Below are positions 48,900 through 58,620 of a stretch of DNA of 62,763 bases, one piece after another. The stretch's first letter is position 1; each line of letters begins with the position of its first letter. Below the pieces are notes generated by a model, which did no database searches, was not told the origin of the DNA, and saw nothing but the letters and a program-made list of their open reading frames with translations. The DNA is taken from the NCBI GenBank assembly GCA_012520595.1, contig JAAYNZ010000089.1, positions 1-62,763 on the forward strand, given 5' to 3'. The stretch comes from Candidatus Epulonipiscium sp. GTDB taxonomy: Bacteria > Bacillota > Clostridia > Lachnospirales > JAAYNZ01. Position numbers and translations under genes: made by a program.

Positions 48900-49943
48900 T
48901 TATGCCGGGAATATAGGAACAGACTCTAACCCCTTGGTTTCTGGAAAGTCAAATAAAAGATTCATATTTTGTACCGCTTGTCCTGCTGCTCCTTTTACTA
49001 AATTATCTAACGCTGCTAATACGATCACTCGTCCTGTTCGTTCATCCAGTGTAAAAGCAATATCACAATAGTTGGATCCTTTTATCCATCTTGTTTCTGG
49101 ATAAATTCCTTGGGGCAATAACCGAATAAAAGACTCTTTCTCATAATACATTTGGTATGCTTGCCGAATCTTCTCTTCTGATACTCCTTCTTTTAGCAAA
49201 GCATAAGCAGTAATAAAAATTCCACGATTCATGGGAACAAGATGAGGGGTGAAAGATAGGCATAGGGGTGATCCACCAATCCTACTGAGTTGTTCTTCTA
49301 TTTCAGGAGTATGTCGATGAGACGCTATTTTATATGCCTTGAAAGATTCATTACATTCTGTAAAATGATTGTTTAAATGCAAAGAACGTCCAGCTCCTGA
49401 TACCCCTGATTTTGCATCAATGATGATACTATGGTTTTCAATCAAATTTTCTTTTACTAAAGGAGCTAAACTTAAAATGCTACATGTCGTATAGCAACCC
49501 GGATTAGCAATTAAAGATGCTTTTTTAATATCCTCTCGGTACCATTCACAAAGACCATAAACCCCTTGTTCCAATAAATGGGGACTGCCATGAGAAGCTA
49601 CATACCAGTGTTCATACACTTTTTGATCCTTTAAGCGATAATCAGCTCCTAAATCAATGACCTTGGTTTTAGCTAACAAAGAATCTGTTACTTTATGAGA
49701 AGCAATCCCATGAGGTAAGGCTAAAAAAAGTACATCTACCTCATCACCTAAACTTTGCCAATCTTCTTCTACACAAACCAAAGAACATTTTTTTCTAAAA
49801 TGTCCATATAAAGAGTCTAAAGATTGACCTGCATAACTTTTAGATGTTGCAATGGTAACATCCACTTCAGGATGTTGTAATAATATACGAATAAGTTCTT
49901 CTCCTACATATCCAGTAGCTCCAATAACTCCTGCTTTAATCAC
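48900..49943 (-). CDS. argC: N-acetyl-gamma-glutamyl-phosphate reductase
   Basis: IKAGVIGATGYVG...PGCYTT. GTG at 49943 follows AAGGTGA. The upstream ATGs at 49994 and 49970 lie within or hard against the predicted promoter (-10 at 49986-49991). Confidence 0.9.
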   Translation of the reverse strand: MIKAGVIGATGYVGEELIRILLQHPEVDVTIATSKSYAGQSLDSLYGHFRKKCSLVCVEEDWQSLGDEVDVLFLALPHGIASHKVTDSLLAKTKVIDLGADYRLKDQKVYEHWYVASHGSPHLLEQGVYGLCEWYREDIKKASLIANPGCYTTCSILSLAPLVKENLIENHSIIIDAKSGVSGAGRSLHLNNHFTECNESFKAYKIASHRHTPEIEEQLSRIGGSPLCLSFTPHLVPMNRGIFITAYALLKEGVSEEKIRQAYQMYYEKESFIRLLPQGIYPETRWIKGSNYCDIAFTLDERTGRVIVLAALDNLVKGAAGQAVQNMNLLFDFPETKGLESVPIFPA

Positions 49944-49985
49944 ATAATCACCTTCTTGTAAAATATTCATTTTTTGTTTTTTATA

Positions 49986-50014
49986 ATTATACACCTTAAT
50001 GTTTTTTTATTCAA
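49986..50014 (-). promoter_or_regulatory. Sigma-A-type promoter for argCJBD(-carB)
   Basis: Minus strand TTGAAT (50009-50014), 17-nt spacer, TATAAT (49986-49991). Confidence 0.6.
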
Positions 50015-50046
50015 TACTTTTTTAAAAAATATTGCATATTTATGTT
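50000..50046. promoter_or_regulatory. Two ARG-box-like sites (candidate ArgR/AhrC operators)
   Basis: TGTTTTTTTATTCA (50000-50013) scores 11/14 and TGCATATTTATGTT (50033-50046) scores 12/14 against the TGMATAWWWATKCA core as I recall it. Each overlaps a -35 box. Confidence 0.35.
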
Positions 50047-50060
50047 TTGTGTTGTATAAT
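50032..50060 (+). promoter_or_regulatory. Sigma-A-type promoter for argGH
   Basis: TTGCAT (50032-50037), 17-nt spacer, TATAAT (50055-50060). Confidence 0.6.
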
Positions 50061-50109
50061 TATAAAAAAACATTTCAAACTATTTAATCATTTATATGGA
50101 GGGATTTGT

Positions 50110-51318
50110 ATGAAGAAAAAGATTATCTTAGCTTATTCTGGTGGACTTGATACAACGGTTATCATTCCATGGCTAAAAGAAAATTATGATTATGAAGTGA
50201 TTGCCGTATGTGTCAACGTAGGACAAAAAGATGAATTAGAAGGATTAGAAGAGCGGGCCCTTGCTAGTGGTGCTAGTAAGCTATATATCGAAGATGTTAC
50301 TAAAGAATTTGTAACAGAATATGTATGGCCCACCCTAAAAGCAGGGGCTGTATATGAAGGAAAATATTTATTAGGAACTTCTATGGCACGACCCGTCATT
50401 GCAAAACGCTTAGTAGAAATCGCTTTAAAAGAAGAAGCTGAAGCCATTTGTCATGGTTGCACCGGAAAAGGAAATGACCAAGTTCGATTTGAATTAACCA
50501 TAAAAGCCCTCGCTCCCCATTTAAAAATTATTGCTCCCTGGAGAATATGGGATCTGCAGTCAAGAGAAGATGAAATTAACTATTGTTTAGAACGAAATAT
50601 TTCCTGTCCCATGAAAAAAGAAGAAAGCTACAGTCGGGATCAAAATATATGGCATATTAGTCACGAAGGTTTAGAATTAGAAGATCCTTCAAAAGAGCCT
50701 CTTTTTGATTCTCTTTTAAAACGATCTATTACACCTGAACAAGCTCCTGATACACCAACCTACATCAACCTTACCTTTGATAAGGGAGTACCTACTCATT
50801 TAAATGGAACCCCTCTTGATCCTGTAACTTTACTTGAAACCTTAAATGAAATTGGAGGAAAAAATGGGATTGGTATTACCGATCTTTTAGAAAATCGGGT
50901 TGTAGGTATGAAATCAAGAGGTGTCTATGAAACCCCCGGAGGAACCATTCTTTATTATGCTCACGAAGAATTGGAAAGAATGTGCTTAGATAAGCAAACT
51001 TTTGCTTACAAACAAATGCTTTCGATTAAATTTGCTGAATTGGTCTATAGTGGAGAATGGTTTACACCCTTACGGGAAGCTCTCTCAGCTTTTGTAGATT
51101 GTACCCAAGAAACAGTATGTGGAACAGTAAAACTTAAATTGTACAAAGGAAATATTATTGCTGCTGGCACTACTTCGCCCTATTCTTTGTACAATGAAAA
51201 AATTGCTAGTTTTACAACTGGCGATCTCTATGATCACAAAGATGCAGAAGGTTTCATTAATTTATTTGGTCTTCCATTAAAAGTTCGTGCTTTAATGAAA
51301 CAACAGAAACAATCATAA
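50110..51318 (+). CDS. argG: Argininosuccinate synthase
   Basis: [17 protein letters not shown]...[13 protein letters not shown]...; ATG at 50110 after GGAGGG. The track extension to 50032 begins inside the predicted promoter. Confidence 0.97.
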   Translation: MKKKIILAYSGGLDTTVIIPWLKENYDYEVIAVCVNVGQKDELEGLEERALASGASKLYIEDVTKEFVTEYVWPTLKAGAVYEGKYLLGTSMARPVIAKRLVEIALKEEAEAICHGCTGKGNDQVRFELTIKALAPHLKIIAPWRIWDLQSREDEINYCLERNISCPMKKEESYSRDQNIWHISHEGLELEDPSKEPLFDSLLKRSITPEQAPDTPTYINLTFDKGVPTHLNGTPLDPVTLLETLNEIGGKNGIGITDLLENRVVGMKSRGVYETPGGTILYYAHEELERMCLDKQTFAYKQMLSIKFAELVYSGEWFTPLREALSAFVDCTQETVCGTVKLKLYKGNIIAAGTTSPYSLYNEKIASFTTGDLYDHKDAEGFINLFGLPLKVRALMKQQKQS

Positions 51319-51341
51319 TAATAGAAGGTGGTTTTAAACCT

Positions 51342-52718
51342 ATGAAATTATGGAGTGGACGATTTTCAAAAACAACCGATCAAGCAGTGGATCACTTTAA
51401 TTCTTCTATTTCCTTTGATCAAAGACTCTATCGTCAAGATATTATGGGAAGCGTTGCTCATGTTACTATGTTAGGACAACAAAACATTATTTCTAAAGAA
51501 GATGCAGATACAATCAAAAAAACACTCTTGGATCTCCTACAAGATATCGATAATGGTTTAATCTCTTTTGATATTACTTCAGAAGATATTCATATGAATA
51601 TCGAAGCCTTATTAATTGAGAGAATCGGCGAAATAGGAAAACAATTGCATACAGGTCGTAGTCGTAATGACCAAGTAGCTCTTGATATGAGAATGTATGT
51701 AAAAGAAGAAATTAAGATTATTGATCATATGATTAAAAATTTGGAAGAAATTCTTATTCAAATCGCAGAAAAACATATGGATACCATTATGCCTGGATAT
51801 ACCCATTTGCAAAGAGCCCAACCCGTTACATTGGCCCATCATATGATGGCCTATTTTGAAATGTTTCATCGGGATCGTGAAAGATTAAAAGATACTTACA
51901 AACGTACAGATTCTATGCCTCTGGGTTCTGGAGCTTTGGCTGCTACCACATATTCTTTGGATCGTATCTTTGTTGCTCAAGAATTAGATTTTTCTGAAAT
52001 TACTTATAATAGCCAAGATGGCGTTTCAGACAGAGATTTTTGTATTGAACTGCTTAGCAACTTGTCCATTGTTATGATGCATTTAAGTCGCTTTGCTGAA
52101 GAAATCATTCTTTGGTCTTCACATGAATTCGGATTTATTGAATTGGACGATGCTTTTAGTACAGGTAGCAGTATTATGCCACAGAAAAAAAACCCTGATA
52201 TTGCAGAATTAGTACGAGGTAAAACCGGTCGAGTCTATGGCAGCTTAATGGGAATGTTAACTGTTATGAAAGGATTACCCCTAGCTTATAACAAAGATAT
52301 GCAAGAAGATAAAGAATTGGTTTTTGATGCCATTGATACAGTAAAAATGTGTCTTCCTATTTTTACTCAAATGTTAGTTACAAGTAATTTTAAAAAACAA
52401 GAAATGTACCAAGCAGCTAAAGGTGGTTTTACAAATGCTACGGATGCTGCCGATTATTTGGTTAAAAAAGGAGTTCCTTTTCGAAATGCCCATGAGATCG
52501 TTGGAAAACTTGTCTTATACTGTATTAAAGAAGAAAAAACCTTAGAACAATTGTCCTTAGAAGAATATCTGTCTATTTCTCCTGTTTTTGACCAAAGCAT
52601 CTATACTGCCATCTCTTTAGAAGAGTGTGTGAATCGAAGAAAAATTATGGGAGGCCCTTCCAAAGAAATGATGAAAACAGTGATAGAGCAAAACAAAAAA
52701 AGATTAAAAACCTTGTAA
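51342..52718 (+). CDS. argH: Argininosuccinate lyase
   Basis: MKLWSGRFSK...GSSIMPQKKNPD (fumarate-lyase signature), 458 aa. Confidence 0.97.
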   Translation: MKLWSGRFSKTTDQAVDHFNSSISFDQRLYRQDIMGSVAHVTMLGQQNIISKEDADTIKKTLLDLLQDIDNGLISFDITSEDIHMNIEALLIERIGEIGKQLHTGRSRNDQVALDMRMYVKEEIKIIDHMIKNLEEILIQIAEKHMDTIMPGYTHLQRAQPVTLAHHMMAYFEMFHRDRERLKDTYKRTDSMPLGSGALAATTYSLDRIFVAQELDFSEITYNSQDGVSDRDFCIELLSNLSIVMMHLSRFAEEIILWSSHEFGFIELDDAFSTGSSIMPQKKNPDIAELVRGKTGRVYGSLMGMLTVMKGLPLAYNKDMQEDKELVFDAIDTVKMCLPIFTQMLVTSNFKKQEMYQAAKGGFTNATDAADYLVKKGVPFRNAHEIVGKLVLYCIKEEKTLEQLSLEEYLSISPVFDQSIYTAISLEECVNRRKIMGGPSKEMMKTVIEQNKKRLKTL

Positions 52719-52735
52719 GGTTTTTAATCTTTTTT
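52696..52735. terminator. Bidirectional AT-rich hairpin shared by convergent argH and glgB
   Basis: 17-bp perfect inverted repeat AAAAAAGATTAAAAACC / GGTTTTTAATCTTTTTT with a 6-nt loop. T-runs lie within both arms, and both stop codons are inside the element. Confidence 0.55.
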
Positions 52736-54922
52736 AAGCATAAGTGTACTTAATGGAGGAAGCCGAAGAGGAATCGAATACCTACGACCATCCCACTCCC
52801 TTTCTTCTGCTTTCATTTTGTTTTCATTCTTCACCCCGCTACCTCCATATTGCAAGTCATCACTATTAAAAACTTCTCGATACACTCCCTCTTCAGGCAC
52901 ACCAACTCGATAATACTCATGGGGCATAGGGGTAAAATTACAGATGATGACTATAAATTCTCCCGTTTGTGGATCTTTACGTATAAAGGAAAGGATACTC
53001 GATTGTGCATCTGTATAATTGATCCATTCAAAACCTTCTGGTGTAAAATCATCCTTCCAAAGAGACTGTTCTGTCTGATAAAAATGATTAAGATGTTGCA
53101 TATACTTCTGTAATTGCCTATGGTAATCATATTCTAACAAGTGCCAATCGATACTTTGATTGGCTTTCCATTCTTCAAATTGTCCTATATCATTTCCCAT
53201 GAACAACAGTTTTTTCCCCGGATGAGCAAACATAAAACCATACAAAGCTCTAAGGTTAGCAAACTTTTTCCAGTGATCTCCTGGCATTTTACCAATCATA
53301 GAACCTTTTCCATGTACAACTTCATCGTGAGAAAAAGGTAAAATAAAATTTTCTGTAAAAGCATACACAAGTCCAAAAGTTACATCATGATGATGATACT
53401 TTCGATGTATGGGATCCTTTTGAAAATATCGCAAAACATCATTCATCCATCCCATATTCCACTTAAAACCAAAACCTAATCCTCCTATATCTGTAGGTCT
53501 AGAAACATTTGGCCATGCTGTAGATTCTTCCGCTATCATTAAAATACCTGGAAATTGTTGATGGACAATGCTATTTAAATGTTTAAAAAACGCTACTGCT
53601 TCTATATTTTCATTGCCTCCAAAACAATTGGGTATCCATTCTCCCTCTGATCGTCCATAATCCAGATATAACATGGAAGCCACCGCATCTACCCTTAATC
53701 CATCAACATGATATTCATTCAACCAAAATAAAGCATTTGCTAGTAAAAAATTTTTTACTTCATGCCTGCCATAATTAAAAATCAAAGTCCCCCAATGAGG
53801 ATGTTCACCTAAACGTGAATCTGCATGTTCATATAGTGCTGTTCCATCAAATTGAATCAATCCATGAGCGTCTTTAGGAAAGTGCGCAGGAACCCAATCT
53901 ACAATGACTCCTATATCATTTTGATGACAATAATCAATAAAATATTTAAAATCTTTAGGGGTACCAAAACGACTTGTGGGAGCATAGTACCCCGTTACTT
54001 GATACCCCCATGAATCATCAAAAGGATGCTCTGCAATAGGCATTAATTCAATGTGAGTATAACCCATTTCCTGTACATAAAGAACTAATTCATGAGCCAA
54101 TTCTCGATAGGTTAAGCAACGATTTTCCTCTTCTACTTTTCTTTTCCATGATCCTAAATGAACTTCATAAATTGAAATTGGTCGATTTAGCAAGTGATTT
54201 TCTCTTCTCTTTTTTAGCCATTTCTCATCTTGCCAATCATAAGAAGATAAAGCAAAGACAATAGAAGCTGTTTGTGGACGGTGTTCATGATAAAAACCAT
54301 AAGGATCTGCTTTCAGCAACAATTGTTCATCCTGTGTTTTTATTTCATATTTATATTTATCATAGGTCTGTAAGCCTGGAATAAAAAGTTCCCATATTCC
54401 TGAATCCCCCAATATTCTCATTCCATGTCTTCTTCCATCCCATCCATTAAAGTCCCCTACAACACTAACCCGCTTGGCATTAGGAGCCCAAACAGCAAAC
54501 AACACTCCTTCAACACCTTGAATTTCCATAGGGTGAGCACCTAATTTTTCATAAATACGATAATGAGTTCCTTCTCCAAATAAATATAAATCCAAATCTG
54601 TCAAAACAGGCATAAAAGAATATGGATCATAAGTCACCCATTTTCTCTCCGTAAAATCCTTGATTTTTAATTGGTATTGGAACCATTTGCTACGCGTAGA
54701 AATCAGAACCGTAAAAAATCCTTCTTCATGAATTCTTTCCATCTTATATTTCTTCTTTGGTTCTTTTACATCTAATACAATAATTTCTTTCCCTTGAGGA
54801 ATAAAAGCATTGACAATCAGTTGATTTTTCCCTTGTATTTCAATTTCATGCATTCCTAAAATATGATGCGGATCTTTATGTTCTCCTCTTATTATGGCTT
54901 CCATTTCCATTTTGTTTATCAT
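52724..54922 (-). CDS. glgB: 1,4-alpha-glucan (glycogen) branching enzyme
   Basis: 732 aa GH13 enzyme ([35 protein letters not shown]). Confidence 0.95.
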   Translation of the reverse strand: MINKMEMEAIIRGEHKDPHHILGMHEIEIQGKNQLIVNAFIPQGKEIIVLDVKEPKKKYKMERIHEEGFFTVLISTRSKWFQYQLKIKDFTERKWVTYDPYSFMPVLTDLDLYLFGEGTHYRIYEKLGAHPMEIQGVEGVLFAVWAPNAKRVSVVGDFNGWDGRRHGMRILGDSGIWELFIPGLQTYDKYKYEIKTQDEQLLLKADPYGFYHEHRPQTASIVFALSSYDWQDEKWLKKRRENHLLNRPISIYEVHLGSWKRKVEEENRCLTYRELAHELVLYVQEMGYTHIELMPIAEHPFDDSWGYQVTGYYAPTSRFGTPKDFKYFIDYCHQNDIGVIVDWVPAHFPKDAHGLIQFDGTALYEHADSRLGEHPHWGTLIFNYGRHEVKNFLLANALFWLNEYHVDGLRVDAVASMLYLDYGRSEGEWIPNCFGGNENIEAVAFFKHLNSIVHQQFPGILMIAEESTAWPNVSRPTDIGGLGFGFKWNMGWMNDVLRYFQKDPIHRKYHHHDVTFGLVYAFTENFILPFSHDEVVHGKGSMIGKMPGDHWKKFANLRALYGFMFAHPGKKLLFMGNDIGQFEEWKANQSIDWHLLEYDYHRQLQKYMQHLNHFYQTEQSLWKDDFTPEGFEWINYTDAQSSILSFIRKDPQTGEFIVIICNFTPMPHEYYRVGVPEEGVYREVFNSDDLQYGGSGVKNENKMKAEEREWDGRRYSIPLRLPPLSTLMLKKD

Positions 54923-55034
54923 TTATTTTTTCTCCTTTATATCCTTTCTTTATTTTATATCTTCTGTATATTTTAACACTATTTTCCCAAGATAACAATA
55001 ACAAATGGATATAAAAGAATTTTAAAAGGTCTTT

Positions 55035-55541
55035 CTATTTTCCTGAACTTCCAAGTCTACCTGAACCTCGCTCCGATTCCATACCAAGAAGAGTTTCATA
55101 AGTTATTTCCTTTACTTGTATTTGTGGAACTCTTTCTAAAGCTGCTTGACAAATGGCTTTTTCATATGGATATACAGTAATCCAATCACTGGAAACGAGA
55201 AATGAATTTTGAGCAACATACTCTTTTTTAGCAATCACAATCAGTTTATTCGTTGTATTATTAATAGGTATAAACCATTCTCCACGATATCCTGAATCAA
55301 TTTGTCCTGCCCGATAAGCCAACCCTTTTGTTCCAGTAGAACCCCTTTCTCGGATACCAATCCGATATTCCTTAGAAAAAGAGCTAGCAATACCTGTAGG
55401 TATCAATTTAATAGTATGAGGTATAATCTCTATATAGTCTTCATTAAAGCAAGCATAGATATCATAACAACCATCTTCGTCTCGTTTGGTTGGAATGATT
55501 GCATTAGGATTCATTTTCGCAAAATATACATACTTGTCCAT
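55035..55541 (-). CDS. dut: dUTP diphosphatase (trimeric dUTPase family)
   Basis: dUTPase motifs GCYDIYA, RERGSTG, GQIDSGYRGEW and C-terminal RGSGRLGSSG. ATG at 55541 is better spaced from GAAAGGA than the ATG at 55547. Confidence 0.82.
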   Translation of the reverse strand: MDKYVYFAKMNPNAIIPTKRDEDGCYDIYACFNEDYIEIIPHTIKLIPTGIASSFSKEYRIGIRERGSTGTKGLAYRAGQIDSGYRGEWFIPINNTTNKLIVIAKKEYVAQNSFLVSSDWITVYPYEKAICQAALERVPQIQVKEITYETLLGMESERGSGRLGSSGK

Positions 55542-55634
55542 AATCATGTCCTTTCTTTTCTGTCTATTGATACTTATCTTCCCTCTTATCCCTTTGAAAA
55601 TTACCCATCATTTTAGAAATTAGGAAAATCTCTG

Positions 55635-56156
55635 CTAAAATGATTGAAATGATTCCTTATATAACAAAACAATTTTATTTTGGGATAATGTTTTTTGAAC
55701 ATCAATCACCCTCTGATTGGAGGAGCCTCTAAATTTTAAAGTAAGGTCTCTTTTCTCTTCCATGTATCTTCCATCGATTAAAACATCTGCAAAAGTAAGT
55801 AAATTCTTTTTCAAATCATCTGTAACGATTTCCTCAAAAGTGTATCCGCTCCAAATCCATAAATCTTTATTTACACATTTTGTTTTAAATTTTTCTATAA
55901 AAGGATATAATTCAAGAACATTATCAAAGGGCTCTCCTCCTAATACTGACAGCCCTTTAATATGAATTTCCGAATTATTGATATCTTTTATAATTTGATC
56001 TTGCATTTCCTCTGTAAAAACTTCTCCATAAGTAAAATCCCAGGCTCTTTTATTAAAACAGCCTTTGCAATAATGAGTACAGCCAGATACAAATAAGGAA
56101 TGCCTTAATCCGACTCCGTTTAAGACATCATATTTTTTATAGCTAGAATAATACAT
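55635..56156 (-). CDS. nrdG: Anaerobic ribonucleoside-triphosphate reductase activating protein (radical SAM)
   Basis: VSGCTHYCKGCFN radical-SAM cluster motif, 173 aa, directly after nrdD. Confidence 0.93.
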   Translation of the reverse strand: MYYSSYKKYDVLNGVGLRHSLFVSGCTHYCKGCFNKRAWDFTYGEVFTEEMQDQIIKDINNSEIHIKGLSVLGGEPFDNVLELYPFIEKFKTKCVNKDLWIWSGYTFEEIVTDDLKKNLLTFADVLIDGRYMEEKRDLTLKFRGSSNQRVIDVQKTLSQNKIVLLYKESFQSF

Positions 56157-56169
56157 ATCGTCATTCTCC

Positions 56170-58281
56170 TTATTGATGTTTAACTCGTCTCTTCATTTCT
56201 TCATGCTTTCCTTGATTAATAGGTCTTTCAATCGGTGCTCCTAAATAACCACACATTCTTCGGATACACGAAGATGTTGCCGGATCTGTATTCCCACAAT
56301 TAGGACATTTAAATCCTTCATTTGCAGCTTCAAACTCTCCCTCATATCCACAAACAAAACATCGATCAATCGGAGTATTGGTCCCAAAATAGCCCACTTT
56401 ATTGTAAGCATAATCCCACACTGCTTCCAATGCTTCTGGATTATTTTTTAGATTAGGAAATTCTACATAATGAATAAAACCACCACTTGAATAAGATGCA
56501 TAATCTTTTTCAAAATCAATTTTATAGAACGGATCGACTTTTTTATTTACATCCAAATGAAAACTATTTGTATAATATCCTTTATCTGTAACATGATCTA
56601 CAATGCCATATACTTTTTTATCTAAATTGCAAAATCGAAAACATAAGTTTTCTGCTGGTGTACCATATAAACTAAAACCCCATCCTGTTTCTTCTTTCCA
56701 TTGATCAACAGCCTTTCTTAACTTCTTCATGATTGCTAATGAAAACTCTTTGGCTTGGGGATCATCCTGCCATTCATTCCCATAAAATCGAGTTACCGTC
56801 TCATGAATACCAATGTACCCCAGAGAAATAGAAGCTCTTCCATTCTTAAAAATAGCTAATACATTCTCATTTGCTTTTAACCTTTTTCCTGTAGCTCCAT
56901 ACATATATAAAATAGGAGCATTTTTAGCTTTTGTTTTTTCCAACGTTGAAATTCGATAAAGTAAGGCGTCTTTACATAAATCCAAACGTTCTTCCAACCG
57001 CTCAAAAAATTCATCTTGATCTTGACTATCTAATGCTACCCTAGGAAGGTTTAAAGTAACAACTCCTAAATTGTTTCTTCCATCATGAACTTCATTACCA
57101 TTTTCATCTGTCCATCTACCAAGAAAAGATCTACAACCCATAGGAAATTTAAAACTTCCTGTTATTTCAACAATTTTATCATACGATAAAATATCAGGAT
57201 ACATTCGTATGACAGAACATTCTAAAGCCAATTTTTTTATATCGTAGTTAGGATCTGTCGGTTTTACATTTAATCCATCTTTTAAAACAAAAACCAATTT
57301 TGGGAATACAGCTGTTTTTCCATCTTTACCTAGTCCCCGTATTCTAATTTCAAAAATAGCTTTCTGTATTTCTCTTGCTACCCAAGATGTCCCTAAACCA
57401 AACCCTATCGTAAAAAACGGAGTCTGCCCATTGGAATTATATAATGTATTTATTTCATATTCTAAGCTTTGCATAGAATCATAAATCTCTTTTTTTGTTT
57501 TTTCTTGTGCATAATATTCAGGATTGGGGATATTAAATGTTTCAGCATCTTTTAAATATTTTCTATAACTCATCTCCCCATAAGGCTCTAGCAACAAATC
57601 AATGTTAGCGCAAGTTGTCCCTCCATAAATATTACTAGATACATTAGCAACAATTTGAGCAATTAAAGCAGTAGCTGTTTTAATTGACTTAGGAGTTTCA
57701 ATATCTGCATTACCAATGGTAAAACCATCTTCAAACATTCCCTTAAAATCAATCAGCATACAATTATACATGCCAAAAAAAGGGCTATAGTCCAAGTCGT
57801 GCCAATGTATTACTCCGTTCCGATGGGCTTCTACCACATGTTTAGGAAGCATATATCGTTCTGCATAATCTTTTGCTACAATACCTGCTAATAGATCTCG
57901 CTTTGTATTAAATACATTAGAATTTTTATTAGCATTTTCATGGGCTACACTTTCATTCATATCAATCAATTCATTGATTTTTTTATCTAAGTTATTTACT
58001 TTGTTTCTATATTCTGTTCGTTCGTTTCGATATCGTATGTACGCTTGTGCAACATCCTTTCGATTGCTGCTCATCAATTTATATTCGACCATTTCTTGTA
58101 TATCTTCGATATGGGTATGATCTTTAATCTGGTTGCTAATGCTCTTGACTATTTTTTCAATTAACCCCTCATCCACTCCTTTTTCTGTAGAAACCATTGC
58201 TTTTTGTATGGCTATTTTAATTTTCGACTCATCAAAATCCACAATTCTCCCATCTCGTTTTACAATTTTTTTCATGTTCAT
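56170..58281 (-). CDS. nrdD: Anaerobic ribonucleoside-triphosphate reductase (class III)
   Basis: N-terminal ATP-cone (VKRDGRIVDFDESKI), C-terminal Zn site CxxC...CPNCG, and glycyl-radical motif RRMCGYLG. Confidence 0.97.
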   Translation of the reverse strand: MNMKKIVKRDGRIVDFDESKIKIAIQKAMVSTEKGVDEGLIEKIVKSISNQIKDHTHIEDIQEMVEYKLMSSNRKDVAQAYIRYRNERTEYRNKVNNLDKKINELIDMNESVAHENANKNSNVFNTKRDLLAGIVAKDYAERYMLPKHVVEAHRNGVIHWHDLDYSPFFGMYNCMLIDFKGMFEDGFTIGNADIETPKSIKTATALIAQIVANVSSNIYGGTTCANIDLLLEPYGEMSYRKYLKDAETFNIPNPEYYAQEKTKKEIYDSMQSLEYEINTLYNSNGQTPFFTIGFGLGTSWVAREIQKAIFEIRIRGLGKDGKTAVFPKLVFVLKDGLNVKPTDPNYDIKKLALECSVIRMYPDILSYDKIVEITGSFKFPMGCRSFLGRWTDENGNEVHDGRNNLGVVTLNLPRVALDSQDQDEFFERLEERLDLCKDALLYRISTLEKTKAKNAPILYMYGATGKRLKANENVLAIFKNGRASISLGYIGIHETVTRFYGNEWQDDPQAKEFSLAIMKKLRKAVDQWKEETGWGFSLYGTPAENLCFRFCNLDKKVYGIVDHVTDKGYYTNSFHLDVNKKVDPFYKIDFEKDYASYSSGGFIHYVEFPNLKNNPEALEAVWDYAYNKVGYFGTNTPIDRCFVCGYEGEFEAANEGFKCPNCGNTDPATSSCIRRMCGYLGAPIERPINQGKHEEMKRRVKHQ

Positions 58282-58392
58282 AACCCCGTCCTCTCCTTAT
58301 GATCCTGTTTATGTTTTCTATTCAAGTAAAATAATGACCTTTTGTTTTTAACCATTATTAGGTTTTGTGTCAGACATGCATTTTCTATTTTA

Positions 58393-58439
58393 TCACTATA
58401 TATAGTATATTGCAATAAGTCAATCGCATTATATTGATT
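58393..58439. promoter_or_regulatory. NrdR-box-like sites (tandem)
   Basis: TCACTATATATAGTAT (58393-58408) contains the perfect palindrome ACTATATATAGT. A weaker TCGCATTATATTGATT (58424-58439) is centred 31 bp away, which matches the usual spacing of tandem NrdR boxes. Confidence 0.5.
58395..58423 (-). promoter_or_regulatory. Sigma-A-type promoter for nrdDG
   Basis: Minus strand TTGACT (58418-58423), 17-nt spacer, TATAGT (58395-58400). Confidence 0.55.
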
Positions 58440-58488
58440 TATTTCTAGAAAATCAGAGAATTAGGCATGAGATCGTTTAAAACAAAAA

Positions 58489-58519
58489 GCTCTAACATTG
58501 ATTTTCTCTTGCTTAGAGC
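58489..58519 (-). terminator. Weak terminator after the gntP-family gene
   Basis: GCTCTAA / TTAGAGC 7-bp stem with a 17-nt loop, followed by TTTTTGTTTT on the minus strand. Competes with an 11-bp alternative helix (see findings). Confidence 0.4.
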
Positions 58520-58620
58520 CTTTTTTGAAAAAATAAGAGAAAATCATATGTCAGAGCTAGAACATAAATACATCTAATTTTTTAATTATCCTATAGAATA
58601 TGAATATGTCTGAATCTTTT

